Shown piece by piece: positions 39,959-53,784 of a DNA stretch of 64,000 nucleotides. Every line of letters starts with the position of its first letter. Positions within the stretch are counted from its first letter, which is position 1. Made by a program: the position numbers and the translations under genes. Source of the DNA: Octopus vulgaris (taxonomy: Eukaryota). The stretch is taken from assembly GCA_951406725.2 (NCBI GenBank), contig OX597822.1:110546001-110610000 (forward strand). The letters are read 5' to 3'. A model generated the notes under the pieces. That model ran no database searches and had not been told where the DNA came from. It saw only the letters and a program-made list of their open reading frames with translations.

Positions 39959-40180
39959 ATATATATATTTATATATACATACAGACATACACACACAGAT
40001 ACACACAGACACACACACATATACGACAGGTTTCTTTCAGCTTCAGTCTACGAAACCATTCACAAGGCTTTGATCGGCCCAGGGCTATACAAAAAGACAC
40101 ATGGTGGATGTGCCACGCAGTGAGACTGAACCTGAAACCACGAGGCTGGTAATCAAGCTTCTTGCACAGCCACGCCTGTA
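39720..40180 (-). mobile_element. Older SINE family A copy
   Basis: Diverged match to head, microsatellite and tail. Confidence 0.75.
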
Positions 40181-40612
40181 CCTATATTTATTTTAGCTTT
40201 ATTTATTCTGTTATATACCGAATTTTTACTAGTTTTGAATGCTTTATCGCATGCGTTTACCTGAGTCCCACATACTTTTTGTCCCAAGAGGCATAATATA
40301 TCTGACATAATAATATATTACCCAGTCCTACAAGCTGCGTCAGCCTAGTCATGTTTCTCATTAAAGAAATTCGTTTCAGCTGCATATGAAGAGCCAGTTT
40401 TACTCCCAAGACTCCAATATATCAACTAAAGAACTCAGTGACGTACATATGTTTACTGGAAACGTATATTACATCATTGAAATGTTTCCTGCATCTCAAA
40501 GAGCAAACGTATAAACATTTTCAAAGAATTGTCTGTATAAATAGTAGCAACTGCCATTGAAATTGTATTAGCAACCGAAACGAATCGTCGAAATAGTTTT
40601 GTAGTTTTGAAA

Positions 40613-40680
40613 AAAATTACGGATAGCAAAACAACAATTTAAAACACAGTTGCAATATCAAAAATTAATATCATACTTTC

Positions 40681-40769
<89 letters not shown>

Positions 40770-40770
40770 G

Positions 40771-40808
<38 letters not shown>

Positions 40809-40842
40809 TACATATATACACAAACACCTATATATATATATG

Positions 40843-40930
<88 letters not shown>

Positions 40931-41145
40931 GTATATATATATGTATATATATGTATATATATATATACATGTATATATATATATACATATATATACATAT
41001 ATATATATACACATATATATATACATATATATATACATATATATATACACATATATATATATGTATATATATATATATAGCTACATATATATATATATGT
41101 ATATATATATAATGACATGTATATATATATGTGTGTGTGTGTGTG

Positions 41146-41180
<35 letters not shown>

Positions 41181-41246
41181 AAAATATGATATTAATTTTT
41201 GATATTGCAACTGTGTTTTAAATTGTTGTTTTGCTATCCGTAATTT
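40613..41246. repeat. Fold-back inverted duplication centred on a (TA)n/(TATG)n tract
   Basis: 40613-40682 is the reverse complement of 41177-41246; the adjacent microsatellite pattern (CATACACACA / TGTGTGTATG) is mirrored too. Confidence 0.9.
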
Positions 41247-41583
41247 ATATATATATATATACATGTGTGTCTGTATATCTATACATACATACACAACACA
41301 CACATGTTCAGACGTATCATGTTGATTACAGGAAATTCTAATACTTATATTTTGCACAAAGCGGAGACAGCCGGAAATAATTTCTTTACATTTGCCAACG
41401 GGATAAGTAATTCTAATTAATTTTATTAAATATAATTAACAGTGCTTTATTAACTCACGTTCTATATATTACTTTAGTGTCGTTTCTCTGACTGTTGCAT
41501 AAACATTGGTTTGTCAACTAATACATAATTCACGACAATATAAACGTAGCGTGTAGGAAAATATATTTATACATGCATACATA

Positions 41584-42032
<449 letters not shown>

Positions 42033-42371
42033 ATACTTGTGTTTGTAAGCTAATACACACACACACACAAGACGCACACAAGACGCACTCATACGCACTC
42101 GCACGCTAAGACACACACATTAGGTCGTATATAAATAAAGAAATCCCGTCCCATTTTTCATGTCATCGTTTTGTGGGGACTTTTTGTGAGATTCAAGAAA
42201 GAATAAGTATTAACTTTTATACTCTGTTTTCTTCTTTCTTTACATTACTTTTCATTATAATGGCTAACGTATCGATTTTACCGTTTTAAAATAAGTTTAC
42301 ATTAGATCTGTATCAGACATTGTATGCAGACGCTGAATATAGACATGGTGTATGAATTCAAAAAGGGCTCT

Positions 42372-42625
42372 AGGAGTGGCTGTGTGTTAAGTAGCTTGCT
42401 TACTGACCACATGGTTCCGGGTTCAGTGCCACTGCGTGGCACATTGGGCAAGTGTCTTCTACTACAGCCTCGGGCCGACCAAAGCCTTGTGAGTAGATTT
42501 GGTAGAAGGAAACTGAAAGAAGTCTGTCGTTTGTATATATATATATATATACTGTTGTGTCTGGGGAGAGTCATTTCCTTTTTGTGCCTTGCAAACCAAA
42601 TCCCAACACGAAATATGTGTTATAT

Positions 42626-42678
<53 letters not shown>

Positions 42679-42736
42679 TGGACACACAAACACAGACACA
42701 CAAACATACACACACACACACACACATATATATGTA

Positions 42737-42804
<68 letters not shown>

Positions 42805-43581
42805 GAGTAAATAATTTCTATAAAGGCTTTTAAAAAAAAAACAATTATTTACTGGTAGAATTCGGTATGTAAATATAGCCGATTACCGGCAGGAACTTCT
42901 GTAAAGTTCAGTATATATATTGTATATAAGAAAAAGGGACAGGCAAACAGGTTGCTTGACCGCATACCGAAAAAATAGAAATAGCAGTCAAGAATGCTTA
43001 TTTCTATCAAAGTTGGACTCCGGGCATGACAAACCCTGTAATTCACGTATGCAAAACAGAAGGAATAGATAACGAAAACGAAGTCTGGCGGTTATCTGTG
43101 AACATCATGTTTCTGGATTATAAACATATTGAATATATATTCCATATATATTTTTGATATATATTTCATATACATTGCATATATATTTCACATCCTTCTT
43201 CAGCACAGCTTTCCATTGAAAAAGATTTATCATAGATTTATCAAATGCTACGTACCTCAAACCTTCTGACCATGCGACATCAAAATATTTGAAGAAAGTG
43301 AGCAAAAGCTAAATAGACGTTTGAATTCGTAAATCTTCCCTCCAAAATTTTGCCATGCGCATTACAAAAATAGTTCCATAAGATGGGGAACTATTAGGCT
43401 GTCATAATGTTCACAGATAACCGCCAGACTTCGTTTTCGTTATCTATTCCTTCTGTTTTGCATACGTGAATTACAGGGTTTGTCATGCCCGGAGTTCAAC
43501 TTTGATAGAAATAAGCATTCTTGACTGCTATTTCTATTTTTTCGGTATGCGGTCAAGCAACCTGTTTGCCTGTCCCTTTTT

Positions 43582-43639
<58 letters not shown>

Positions 43640-43860
43640 TATGTGTGTGTGTGTGTGTGTATGTTTGTGTGTCCAGCATCGCTAGACAGCCGACGGTGGT
43701 GTGTTTACGTCCCCATAACTTAGTAGTTCGGCAAAAGCCACCGATAGAATAAGTACCAGGCTTACAAAGAATAAGTCCTGGGATCGATTTTCACGACTAA
43801 AGGCGGTGCTCCAGCATGGTCAGTCAAATGACCGAAACAAGTAAAAGAGATATAAAAGAG
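42372..43860 (+). mobile_element. SINE family A split by about 1.1 kb of insertions in its internal microsatellite
   Basis: Head at 42372-42535 and tail at 43640-43860, both on the + strand. Confidence 0.7.
42924..43590. mobile_element. MITE-like or fold-back element with about 180-bp near-perfect inverted repeats ending in TA repeats
   Basis: 42924-43105 vs 43407-43590; mirrored ORFs 42849-43046(-) and 43466-43723(+) differ by one residue over the shared part. Confidence 0.8.
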
Positions 43861-43864
43861 ATGT

Positions 43865-44250
43865 AACTAAAAATGTTCGTTCTGTCTATGGAAATGAAGC
43901 TTTAAGTGCCTATATATACCAACTAGGTTTTTGCAGATACACCTCGATCTCTCAATATTAATATTTTGGAAATCATCGTTGAGGAAAATCCATAGGAGAC
44001 GGCACAAAAATTAGCAAGACAGATCAGTTGAAGACTTGGTTAAATCACAAAATATCTTCAGGTACTGGGAAATTTGTCCAAACATGGATAGTGGGTCCCT
44101 TAACATTCAGCTTAAGCAAAGTTGTCTTCCTCATCATTGAAGATTGGGCTTGGTATCAAACCTATCCTGGTTAGAGTCATCAGTAGGGATAACAATTGGT
44201 TTCACGCCGAGAGATCACCAATATGTCAAACGTATTGGATTATATCATCC
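43865..44250 (+). pseudogene. Decayed mariner-type transposase fragment
   Basis: NVRSVYGNEALS, LEIIVEENP..TAQKLA, WVP, LVRVISRDNNW (cf. mariner RIVTGDEKW) across frameshifts. Confidence 0.6.
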
Positions 44251-44379
44251 GTATACTCTAAAGTTGATATACCGTGAAAATCCCATTCGAAACAAATGAA
44301 GCAGAAATGTAAATAAATAGCTTTAATCTTTATCTTCGTTCTCTGATTTTGGCCACTGCTGTATGTGTGTGTGTATATA

Positions 44380-44778
44380 TCTATCTATATATATATATAT
44401 ATATATAAACGGCAGTTTGTCTGTGTGTGTTTCTGTGTGTCTGTTTGGTTGTACTCTCACTCTGACCACGGCTTTCAACCGATTCTGATGAAACTTGACA
44501 CACACATAGCCCAATGTCATAATTCAAAACTAACGCAGCGAAAATTTTGAAAAGTTCCCCTAGTTCTGAAAAGATCGATAAATTCGACATGGGGTCGACA
44601 ATCAGAAACACAAACCACAGATGGTCTAGGGGACGCAACTCGACCTTTTTAACTATCAAAAAAAAATTTAACATCATTTTTTTCCCCATTTTTTTGCTAT
44701 TTTTTGGCTATAACTCTCTAAAAATGCTTTATAGTTATTTCCCTTACAAACCCGAGCAACGCCGGGCGATGCTGCTAG
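44380..44778 (+). mobile_element. Non-autonomous Helitron
   Basis: A|TC start, subterminal hairpin CCCGAGCAACGCCGGG about 10 nt before the CTAG|T end, internal (CTGT/GT) repeats. Confidence 0.8.
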
Positions 44779-44794
44779 TATATATATATATATG

Positions 44795-45056
44795 ATGGAC
44801 TCTCCCGTCGAATGACCTGCACAAATTATTTGTTTATAGTGATCAAATGTATGTGCCGTAAATTAGCCCACTCCCTCCATCACATCGACGTCGTCTGAAC
44901 AGGTACACAATGGACCACGTGACTGATGTCGAAGTGATCACAGTGAAATGTGAAATGAAGTGTTTTGCCCAAGAACAGAACGCACCCCACCCCGTCAAGG
45001 AATTGAAACCGCGACCACGCACGTGCAGTACCTTAACCAATATGCCATGCATCCCT
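44795..45056 (-). mobile_element. Older tRNA-derived SINE (family D-like head)
   Basis: Reverse complement has GGTTTCAATTCC B-box then GTTCTTGGGCAAAACACTTCATTTCAC. Confidence 0.65.
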
Positions 45057-45249
45057 ATCATATACATACATACACACATAATACTTACATATAAACATAC
45101 ATACATGCATATATACATACATAAGTAAAAATTTAGATTCAATGAATGAGGTACTGAAGTTGAGGCATCAGAATTTAGTACGGTATTATCCATACAGTTT
45201 CAAAATAAGGTAATTAAAATCAAAATAAACAACAGGATATCCAGAGGAA

Positions 45250-45337
45250 ATGTAATACGATCGTTTCAAGCGACTCCATTTAATTGAACAACGCAACCAT
45301 TACACCACTTTAAATGCAGAGCAATCCTCAGCTGCAT
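45250..45337 (-). ncRNA. Hammerhead ribozyme with long stem II, canonical core
   Basis: Reverse complement ATGCAG-CTGAGGA-ttGCTCtgCATTTAA...TTAAATG-GAGT..-GAA-ACGATCGT-A-TTACAT. Confidence 0.7.
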
Positions 45338-46444
45338 AAATACATAGAATTAAATTAAATTAAATTAAAACAGATGGACACATTAGTATAACTTTACCTA
45401 AAACCTCCAAGAAGGTAAGGAGATAGACAAAAAACATGCTGTCTTCACTTCAGCTTAGAAGCTACTAAGGTATCAGGAAAAAAGACTTGTTAGAGATCTA
45501 GCTTGTCTCTGCTTTTTGGGGTCGGTTTTAATTTATAGTCTTGTTTATGAAATCTTTGTATATCAAAATCTAAGGCCAAGGAACAAGGAGCAGTATCTGT
45601 TAGGAAAGGGGCTCAGTGAGTCGACAGAAATCATAGTGGGTATAGTCATAAAACTATCAAGATTAATTTGAAGTAATATAATGAGATTTGGTAATCTTAA
45701 ATCAAGATGTTAGCTGACAATTAAATGGGCAAGATTCTAGTAAACCAATGATGATAATACAGGAGAAATTTTATCATGGGATACTATAGTTGAATGTTTT
45801 ATATAATATTGCCATATTGTATAAAGTTAAAATTTAGGATTATCAAGAAGATTATTAAGAAGAATATTATAACTAAAGGATAAATTATTCTGAATACTTA
45901 TGAGAATATACCAAATTTTACTACAATAGAGGGAGGAAAAGAAATTGCATAGAAATAGTTTAATATTTATACATATTATATACTTAAATATTAACTTATT
46001 AGATGATATCTATGAAGATTCATCATTGGCGTTTACTGGTTTTCAATAAAGGAGGACTGAGGCGAAAGAACATGCTAACTATATTTTATTTAAATTATAA
46101 TCTAAGCAGTATTTTGTGTTGTGAAGATACTGGTATTGTTTTTATAAGCTAAGTATGAATTTATAGAGATACAAAAATTAGGTTTATTTCATAAGGGCTA
46201 TTAGAAAATAATAAAATGATCAGGTAGGGTAGAATACCATAGAGAAGGTATAAAATAGCTTAATCACTAAATCCATGATGAAGTATATATACCATATTAA
46301 CCTCAATAGAGAAGACTTATAGAAAATGTATAATAATTCAAGTATTTAAATTAAAATTGTTTATTTACTTATTTAGCTTGTATCTATAAAGATTGATACC
46401 TGGTATTAACTAAAGGAATATTGGTGTTATAGGAATATCGGTGT

Positions 46445-48620
46445 TCAAACCGCCAACATGTTATTGAAAGGGCAGCTGCTGAACAAGAATCTTTTCTGTG
46501 CATGGCCCAAAAGATTGTACCACAGCTAACCTGGCTCCATCAAACTCAAACTCGCAGATGGAACTATCCACAATACACAAGACCGCCACAGCAAATAGAC
46601 ACCGCCGGCAACAGTATACACCTCACCTCGATGCTCCTACTGAACATCAGAGGACTGCTAACACTCAGTAATAGGACAAAAATGCCGTTCTTGAGAGACT
46701 TTGTCGCATGCAATTAAGCCTTATGCATAGCACTTACGGAAACACACCTGATACCGGACATAGCAGATGCGGAAATACACATACCACAGTATGTTGTAGT
46801 ACGGACCGACAGAAAAGAAAGGAGTCATGGAGGAGTTGCTATGTACATCCGTGGGGACCTCACACCCCAGGTCCTTTTGTCATAGTCAAATTCGGTGTGT
46901 GACACACTAATTGTACATATAAGGCAACTTGGTGTAGTTATATGTGCTACATATCGCCCTCCAGATGCCCCAAGCCATGTACGCGAGTTTGAAGACTGCC
47001 TTATAAAAATAGAAGAAGTTCTTGTCACATTAGAACAACATATAAGTGTACTTCTTATGGAAGACTTCAATCTACCCAATGTCAGATGGTCCAAGGGCCT
47101 TTCTCTCCCAGGAATGACACGATGTGAACGAGGACAGGCGAGGTCCCTCCTGGACCTCATCAACACTCTGTAGATGGAGCAAGTAATACTCCAACCAACC
47201 AGGGCAGGTAACATACTGGATCTCTTGAAGAAAATGACTTGCTGCATGACACCCAGCATGGTTCCCGACCAGGAAGAAGCTGCTTAACTCAGCTCCTACA
47301 ACACTATGACTGGGTGCTGAAACGATTGCTCAACCACTCAAATGTGGAAGTCATATATCTCGAAATTGCAAAGGCCTTTGATAAAGTCGTTCATGTAATG
47401 ATATGTCACAAACTGCGTGATCTTGGAATAGTTGGAAAATTGGGAGAATGGCTTCATGACTTTCTGAAGGATAGAAGTCAGTTGGTAGTAGCCAATGGGG
47501 CCACTTCCATTAACACGCAAATAGTGCGCGGTGTCCCGCAAGGCACTGTTCTGGGACCACTACTGTTCATAATGGCCCTCTCAGACATGCCTTCAGCCAC
47601 GCAGAGAGCCACGATCACAAGTTATGCAGATGATACAAACGTTTCACAGGCAATACAGAACCCTGAAGACACTAAACACCAGCAATATACAAGTGGGCTG
47701 AAAAGAATAGCATGCAGTTCAATGCTGAAACGTTTCAAGCTTTATACTATCAGCATCCAAAACTAAATGCAATACCCAATAAATACACTGGACCTGGAGG
47801 GATTGTAATCCCAGAGGCACAATCAGTGAGAGACCTGGGTATTTACATGAATGATGATGCAACCTTTCATGTGCATGTTGCTAAATTTGCAATGAAATGT
47901 AGGCGGCTGGCTGGATGGATTCTTAGAACCTTTAGAACAAGAGACCAGGAAACCATGATGGTCCTCTGGAGGACACTTGTCCTAAGCCACTTTGACTATT
48001 CCTCTCAGCTATGGTCACCATCCAGTGTCAAGTTAATCACAGAACCTGAGGCGATCCACCGAAGCTGCACGAAGAAGATAGCCTCTGTGCAGCATATAAG
48101 CCATTGGGAAAGACTCAAGAGATTGAGACGATATTCCTTAGAGCGTAGGCGAGAAAGATATGCCATAATATACATCTGGAAGATCCCAGAAGGACTTGTC
48201 CCAAACTTTAGCATCCAGAGTTACACAAATGCCAGAACTGGGCGCTACTGCATAGTGCCAAGTACTCCAAATTTGCCATCAAGGTGTAGGACAAGATACT
48301 GTGATAGCCTGGGCTTCCGAGGCCCACAGCTCTTCAATATCCCCCCGAAGAACCTAAGAGACCTGCATGGGGTGGATGCAGATGTCTTGAAAATGAAACT
48401 GGATCTCTTCTTGTCAGGTGTCCCAGATGAACCAACTTCACGGCAGGAGGTGCAGATGAGGGCAGCTGCATCGAACTCTCTCATGCACCAGATGACATTT
48501 GCTAAAAAGCATTTGTGAAGTAAAATCATGTAGCAACACCAAATGGCGGTGCCCAAGCATGGCCACAGCTTGTGAGCTGAAACTAAATAAAATAAAATAA
48601 AAATAAATAAATAAAATAAA
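46445..48620 (+). mobile_element. CR1-group LINE with APE endonuclease and RT, internally deleted and frameshifted
   Basis: LLLNIRGL, IALTETHL, YRPP, EDFNLP, GNILDL (APE); QHGSRPGRSCLTQLL, KAFDKV, GVPQGTVLGPLLF, YADD (RT); (TAAAA)n tail; junction deletion near 47228. Confidence 0.95.
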
Positions 48621-49204
48621 TATATACTAATTATAAACTAAGAGGTATATTATAGGATTTTAAAGCTTTTAGTATTAATCCATACATGAAATAGTAGTTT
48701 CTTATGGGTACTTAATTAGAAGAGCTACTTACATAAAGGCCTTTATAAATACTAAGATCAGGAGGTTGGAACACTTTAAGTAATAAAGTAATTACTATAA
48801 CCATGATGAAATCTCATCAACTAGGCAGTAAAATGCATATAGATAGTATACTAACTTTGTTTAGCACATTCACTATACTTTATAGTTTTTATTATATTGT
48901 AATATATGCAATGTGCTTTGATTTCAGACGAAAAATATTAAAAGTAAATATCCACTGAAAGTTCAATCACAAGACATATAAAGTGCTACTTTCAAAAATA
49001 TTTAAAAGTACGGGTGATACTATGTGTCCATGACACCCTAAGGTCTAATCTATTATTAATCAGGTTGCTCTTATTGTTATGCTTAAAACTATTCATATGT
49101 TTCCATAGAGCACAGCTCACACCCATATCTACTATTTCTATAAGGCTGTGCTTTTCTTATTATTTCCCATTTAAGGCTAAACCCAACGCTTCGGCTGATA
49201 TAAC

Positions 49205-50315
49205 CTCCATTATTGTTTTTCAGTTCAAGTATAACATTCCATTCCTTTCGACTGGTATTGGGCTTGGTTTTAGGGTGTGCAATTTCTTTGTAAAGGAATG
49301 TAGTTCTAAAATCAAAACAATTATCTAAAGATATATTCTTAACTTTCGTACGCTTGTAATTACTTTTGTTTCTTACTATTCATTGTCCCTGTTTTATTTA
49401 TCGTACATTCCGTCTGTTACGCATAGTTTTCTACAGAACTGTGAAATATCGTTATGTATATCATTGGAGTTAGGGTAGCTGTAGTGTTTGAGTAAGTGTT
49501 AGGTCTTTTGACAAAATATTCATTTCTTCTATTTTGAGAGTTTTTTGGATAAGTTAATTATCTTCGGTTTGTACCATCTGGTGTCGAGAACTCTGTCGGT
49601 TGGAGCTAAAAGAGAATTTTTCAAAGCTTTCCTGTTATTACTATTTAAATACCCAAAGACATTTTCTCTGTCAACTTGTTCTCTTTTGTATCGATTTTGT
49701 ACATTTGTTGGTCTGGATTGTGTTTGTTTCTTCCTGAAATTTCTTTTAAGTTGATATTATTTATCCGTTGCTTATGCCTTTGGTTTTGGGGAAAATTCAG
49801 TTCAATTGGAGAGAAAACTTCGATTCTTTCAGTTGGAATATTTTGTTGTCGAAGTAGTTCTGAATTCCCCTTACGAAATTGGTGACAATACTTCCTATAT
49901 TTGGGTGTTTGATTAATCTGTTGCGAACAGAGTTTGTAGATTTTAATTTTCTTGCGGAATGGATTCTCGGTAGAGTAATCGTTTTTGAAATGAGGCTCAT
50001 AATTCGAGGAGCTTCTAGCCCACCGTGAAGAGGTGTCAATTCTTCGTTTTCACTTTTTTCTCTCCAAAGTTTAATATTGTTTTATCGGCCTTCGGATGAG
50101 TTTTGAAATTTCTATTTGCATTTATGCGTCAATCGTTTATAGTTTCTCTTCGTTGGAATTTGCTCTTATCTGTAATAGCTGGGTTTCCATTCTGAATTTG
50201 TCGGGAGCCATCTTTTCTCTAATTTTATGTTTTTGCTCGTGTTCATTAGCGATGGGCTCTATTTGTAGTTTCTTTCGGAGGATGATCGGTGTTGAATTTA
50301 GCCATTTTCTACTCT
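49205..50315 (-). mobile_element. Penelope-like N-terminal region fragment, inverted relative to the adjacent RT
   Basis: KIINLSK..EMNILSKDL, DISQFCRKL, KPNTSRKEWNVILELKNNN resemble the PLE pre-RT region. Confidence 0.6.
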
Positions 50316-52275
50316 GCCCTGACAGAATTGAAAAGAATTTCATCACTGAAGGTTTAAAGGTTATTCTCTAAAACAAGTTTTTGACTTCGATGGCAACATT
50401 TACAAATAAACATCTGGGATTGCGATGGGGACAAAAGCTGCTCCAACATACGTCAATCCAGTTATGGCATACGTAGCGGTCCAGTTATACGAACAATCTA
50501 AATTAAAATATGGCTTGAACTGCCACAAATATCTACTAGAAAATTGGAAACGTTACTTAGATCACTGCCTAATCCTATGGACGCACACATTTGTACAGCT
50601 TATAGATTTAAAAAAATCTAATTAACAGCATAAACAATAATATTAATTTTATCATAGAACTCTGTAAAACGCAACTGCTATTCCTGGATATATTAATCAT
50701 TAAAATAGCTAAAAAAAATTAATACAGACATTCACTAGAAACAGATTCTAAACAATACTTTTTGTTCTCCTCATATAATTCCAAACAAACGAAGAATAAT
50801 ATTCCATTTAATCTGACAAGAGGAATCTGCATAACTGTCTCAAACTCTGAAACTCGAAATAAAAGACTACAGGAGCTAAAACAGATACTACTTAAAAGTT
50901 TATATGCATTAATGTTAATAGACAGCGGAATAGAATGTGCCAAAGCAGTAAATATTGAAGAACCACAGAAAACTAAAAACACTCCAGATACATCCAATAC
51001 TCGAACCTTTATTACACACAGAGGTTTACAACATTATCCCCCAGAACATCCCACTAGTTAAACAAGATTCAAGAATGAAACAAGCATGCGAAATGCACAA
51101 AATAATGAAAAGTAAAAGATAAAGTCCCTCAAAAACATCCTCACAAGTGCTAAATTACCTTCCACAATTCCTACAGCAACAGTCAAAAGTATGGCCGCCC
51201 AAATTTCAGGAATTATGGATGATACAACATATAAATTCAAGTCAGGACAGATTTTTACCGTAGAAAAGACACTTTAAATATTCTTTCAGGAATTTATTAT
51301 ACGCTATCAAATGTCAGGAATGTAATGAAGATTACATACGTCAAATAAAGCTCATTCAAAGAAAAAGACTGATCGTTAACCGACAGCAAATACTCGACCT
51401 CAGTACTAGACAGATTTCACTGAGTGGACACATAGACATATGTGCACAAATTAAGTCCACCATATCCCAGGTATTCCCACTCTACCTATGTGCAGCGAAT
51501 GCGACAGATTAAGCACAGATAATCAAAGAAAATACTTTCATACAAATCTATGAACCAAGACTTCCCAAACTCGAACGAGTACAAACACAAATAACTATTG
51601 ACACTCGAAACTCAATCCGGTACTTAAAATCCCATACATTCTGCCACTGGATTACATACAAACGACTCCTGTCCACTCTCCCACAAACAAGGATTAAGTT
51701 TGGAGTGCTTTGATTGTAACTAAACATATTCACTCAACCGGGTCGGTCCTCTTTTTAGGCACAAAGTATGCTGTTACGTAGCACTAACACACGAACATAT
51801 CGGGAGACTTACGAAAGATTATACATTTAATTATGTGTTAATTCTCTACAAAACACTTGACAGAAAGCATTTAGAGCATTGACAGTTTGAACACGCTCAC
51901 TCAACCGTGTCAGCCTTAACTTACGACGGCAAACATCGTCACTTGATACTAAAATACGGACGTAGCAGGCAGCCTACAAAAATTTCTAAGACCAGTCATG
52001 TGACTAACCTCTACAAATCAAATCCTATTCAAAGCATATAGTAATCTGAGCCATGAACTCCCTATAAAAACAGGGAAAGCTTCAAACTCCAGTCGGGACC
52101 AAGACAGCTGCCATATATGCCATGTCTTTCTATTTTAACTTTTGGAATGTCAATGTAAAATGTGAAACCGGTTAATGCTTTAAATGCATGAATAAAAATT
52201 ATTTTAATTATTCTCAGTGCATTTTCAACTACTTCTTCTATATTTCTACCCGCGTGGCATAAAATTACTTTGTTA
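50316..52275 (+). mobile_element. Decayed Penelope-like element (RT + GIY-YIG + terminus), same family as 18402-20500
   Basis: GIAMGTKAAPTYVN, WKRYLDHCLILW, NIPFNLTRGIC, YYAIKCQECNEDYIRQ; TATAAAA and a degenerate HHR (GAAACCGGTT, about 52165) in the 3' region. Confidence 0.88.
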
Positions 52276-52644
52276 ATGGCCCAGTGGTTAGGGCAGCGGA
52301 CTCGCGGTCATAGGATCGCGGTTTCGATTCCCAGACCAGGTGTTGTGAGTGTTTATTGAGCGAAAACACCTAAAAGCTCCACGAGGCTCCGGCAGGGGAT
52401 GGTGGTGATCCCTGCTGTACTCTTTCACCACAACTTTCTCTCACTCTTACTTCCTGTTTCTGTTGTACCTGTATTTCAAGGGGCCGGCCTTGTCACTCTC
52501 TGTGCCACGCTGAATATCCCCGAGAACTACGTTAAGGGTGCACGTGTCTGGAGTGCTCAGCCACTTACACGTTAATTTCACGAGCAGGCTGTTCCATTGA
52601 TTCGGATCAACCGGAACCCTCATCGTCGTAGCCGACGGAGTGCT

Positions 52645-52648
<4 letters not shown>
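52275..52648 (+). mobile_element. SINE family C copy
   Basis: Near-identical to 59592-59982, lacking the first few bases. Confidence 0.93.
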
Positions 52649-52698
<50 letters not shown>

Positions 52699-52874
52699 AA
52701 TCTTAGGGTAGCAAAAGCATTTTAGAAAAAGTCTTTGCTACGAGTGGTCTGGCGAGAAGAAGAAAAAACTAGTCAATAGACTATATATTATTCATATAAA
52801 AATACAGTGTACATTTAAACACATAAGAGATGTCCTGATATGGCCATCTCTTATGAGTATAAATGTACACTGTA

Positions 52875-53090
<216 letters not shown>

Positions 53091-53784
53091 AAGGAAGGTT
53101 GTGTGCGACTGCTAAAATGCAGTAATTTCGCTAGTGATATTTGAACCTTCAGGTTGATTTTTCCCACTCTGAGTTGATAATTGATTCCCTCACTTTGGAA
53201 ACTGGTGTTTTTAGCGAATTGAACTATATGAAGAACTTTGATTGAAGGTATCTTCTGCTACAAAACTGGACGAGTGTATAGTATTTCGTTAATGTTTTTC
53301 GTTAGTGTTATTTGATCATATTTATATCGATTTGTTAAAGGATATTTGCATGTTTTAATGAATGGGAAATCAAGACATCCAAACATGAAATTAATAAAGA
53401 AATATTTCAAGCAGGATTATTCTTTTAATGAAATTTATAAGGTACATTTGCGTTTCTACTGGTTACAAAAGTGATTTTCTTCTACGTTATAACAATTAGG
53501 CAAAAAACAAAAATCACTAAAAACAAAAACAAACAATAAACAACTTCAAATGGCAATCTAGGATTCCACCACGTGGGTCAGTGGAAACATCTATATCGAT
53601 TAGTTTGTTATTCACTTTTCCTTAAAAAGTGTTCTATTTCTTATTATCAGGATTTCGTATTTTCTCACAAACTTTCTCTCGTTCCTGAGTTGACATTTTT
53701 TAAAAAATTTGTCTTGTGCCATTCACCTTTTATACTTCCGCTATATCTTTCCAGATTTTGATTTAATATCAGTAAAATCAAATA

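Larger units (their letters stand above)
45130..49200 (-). mobile_element. Probable 3' part of a Penelope-like (Naiad-like) element with long AT-rich 3' region, interrupted by a LINE
   Basis: FSLKWEIIRKAQPYRNSRYGCELCSMETY at about 49190-49090 resembles the W.I...A.PY...C.LC..E C-terminal motif; HHR near the distal end. Confidence 0.55.

Noticed and set aside
40515-40595. GAA-ACGAATCGT-C-GAAAT as a hammerhead 3' half
   Set aside because: No recognisable CUGANGA-like core at the required position.
45130-49200. Selenoprotein/SECIS coding as reported for some Naiad PLEs
   Set aside because: Too little ORF remains and I could not identify a SECIS fold by eye.
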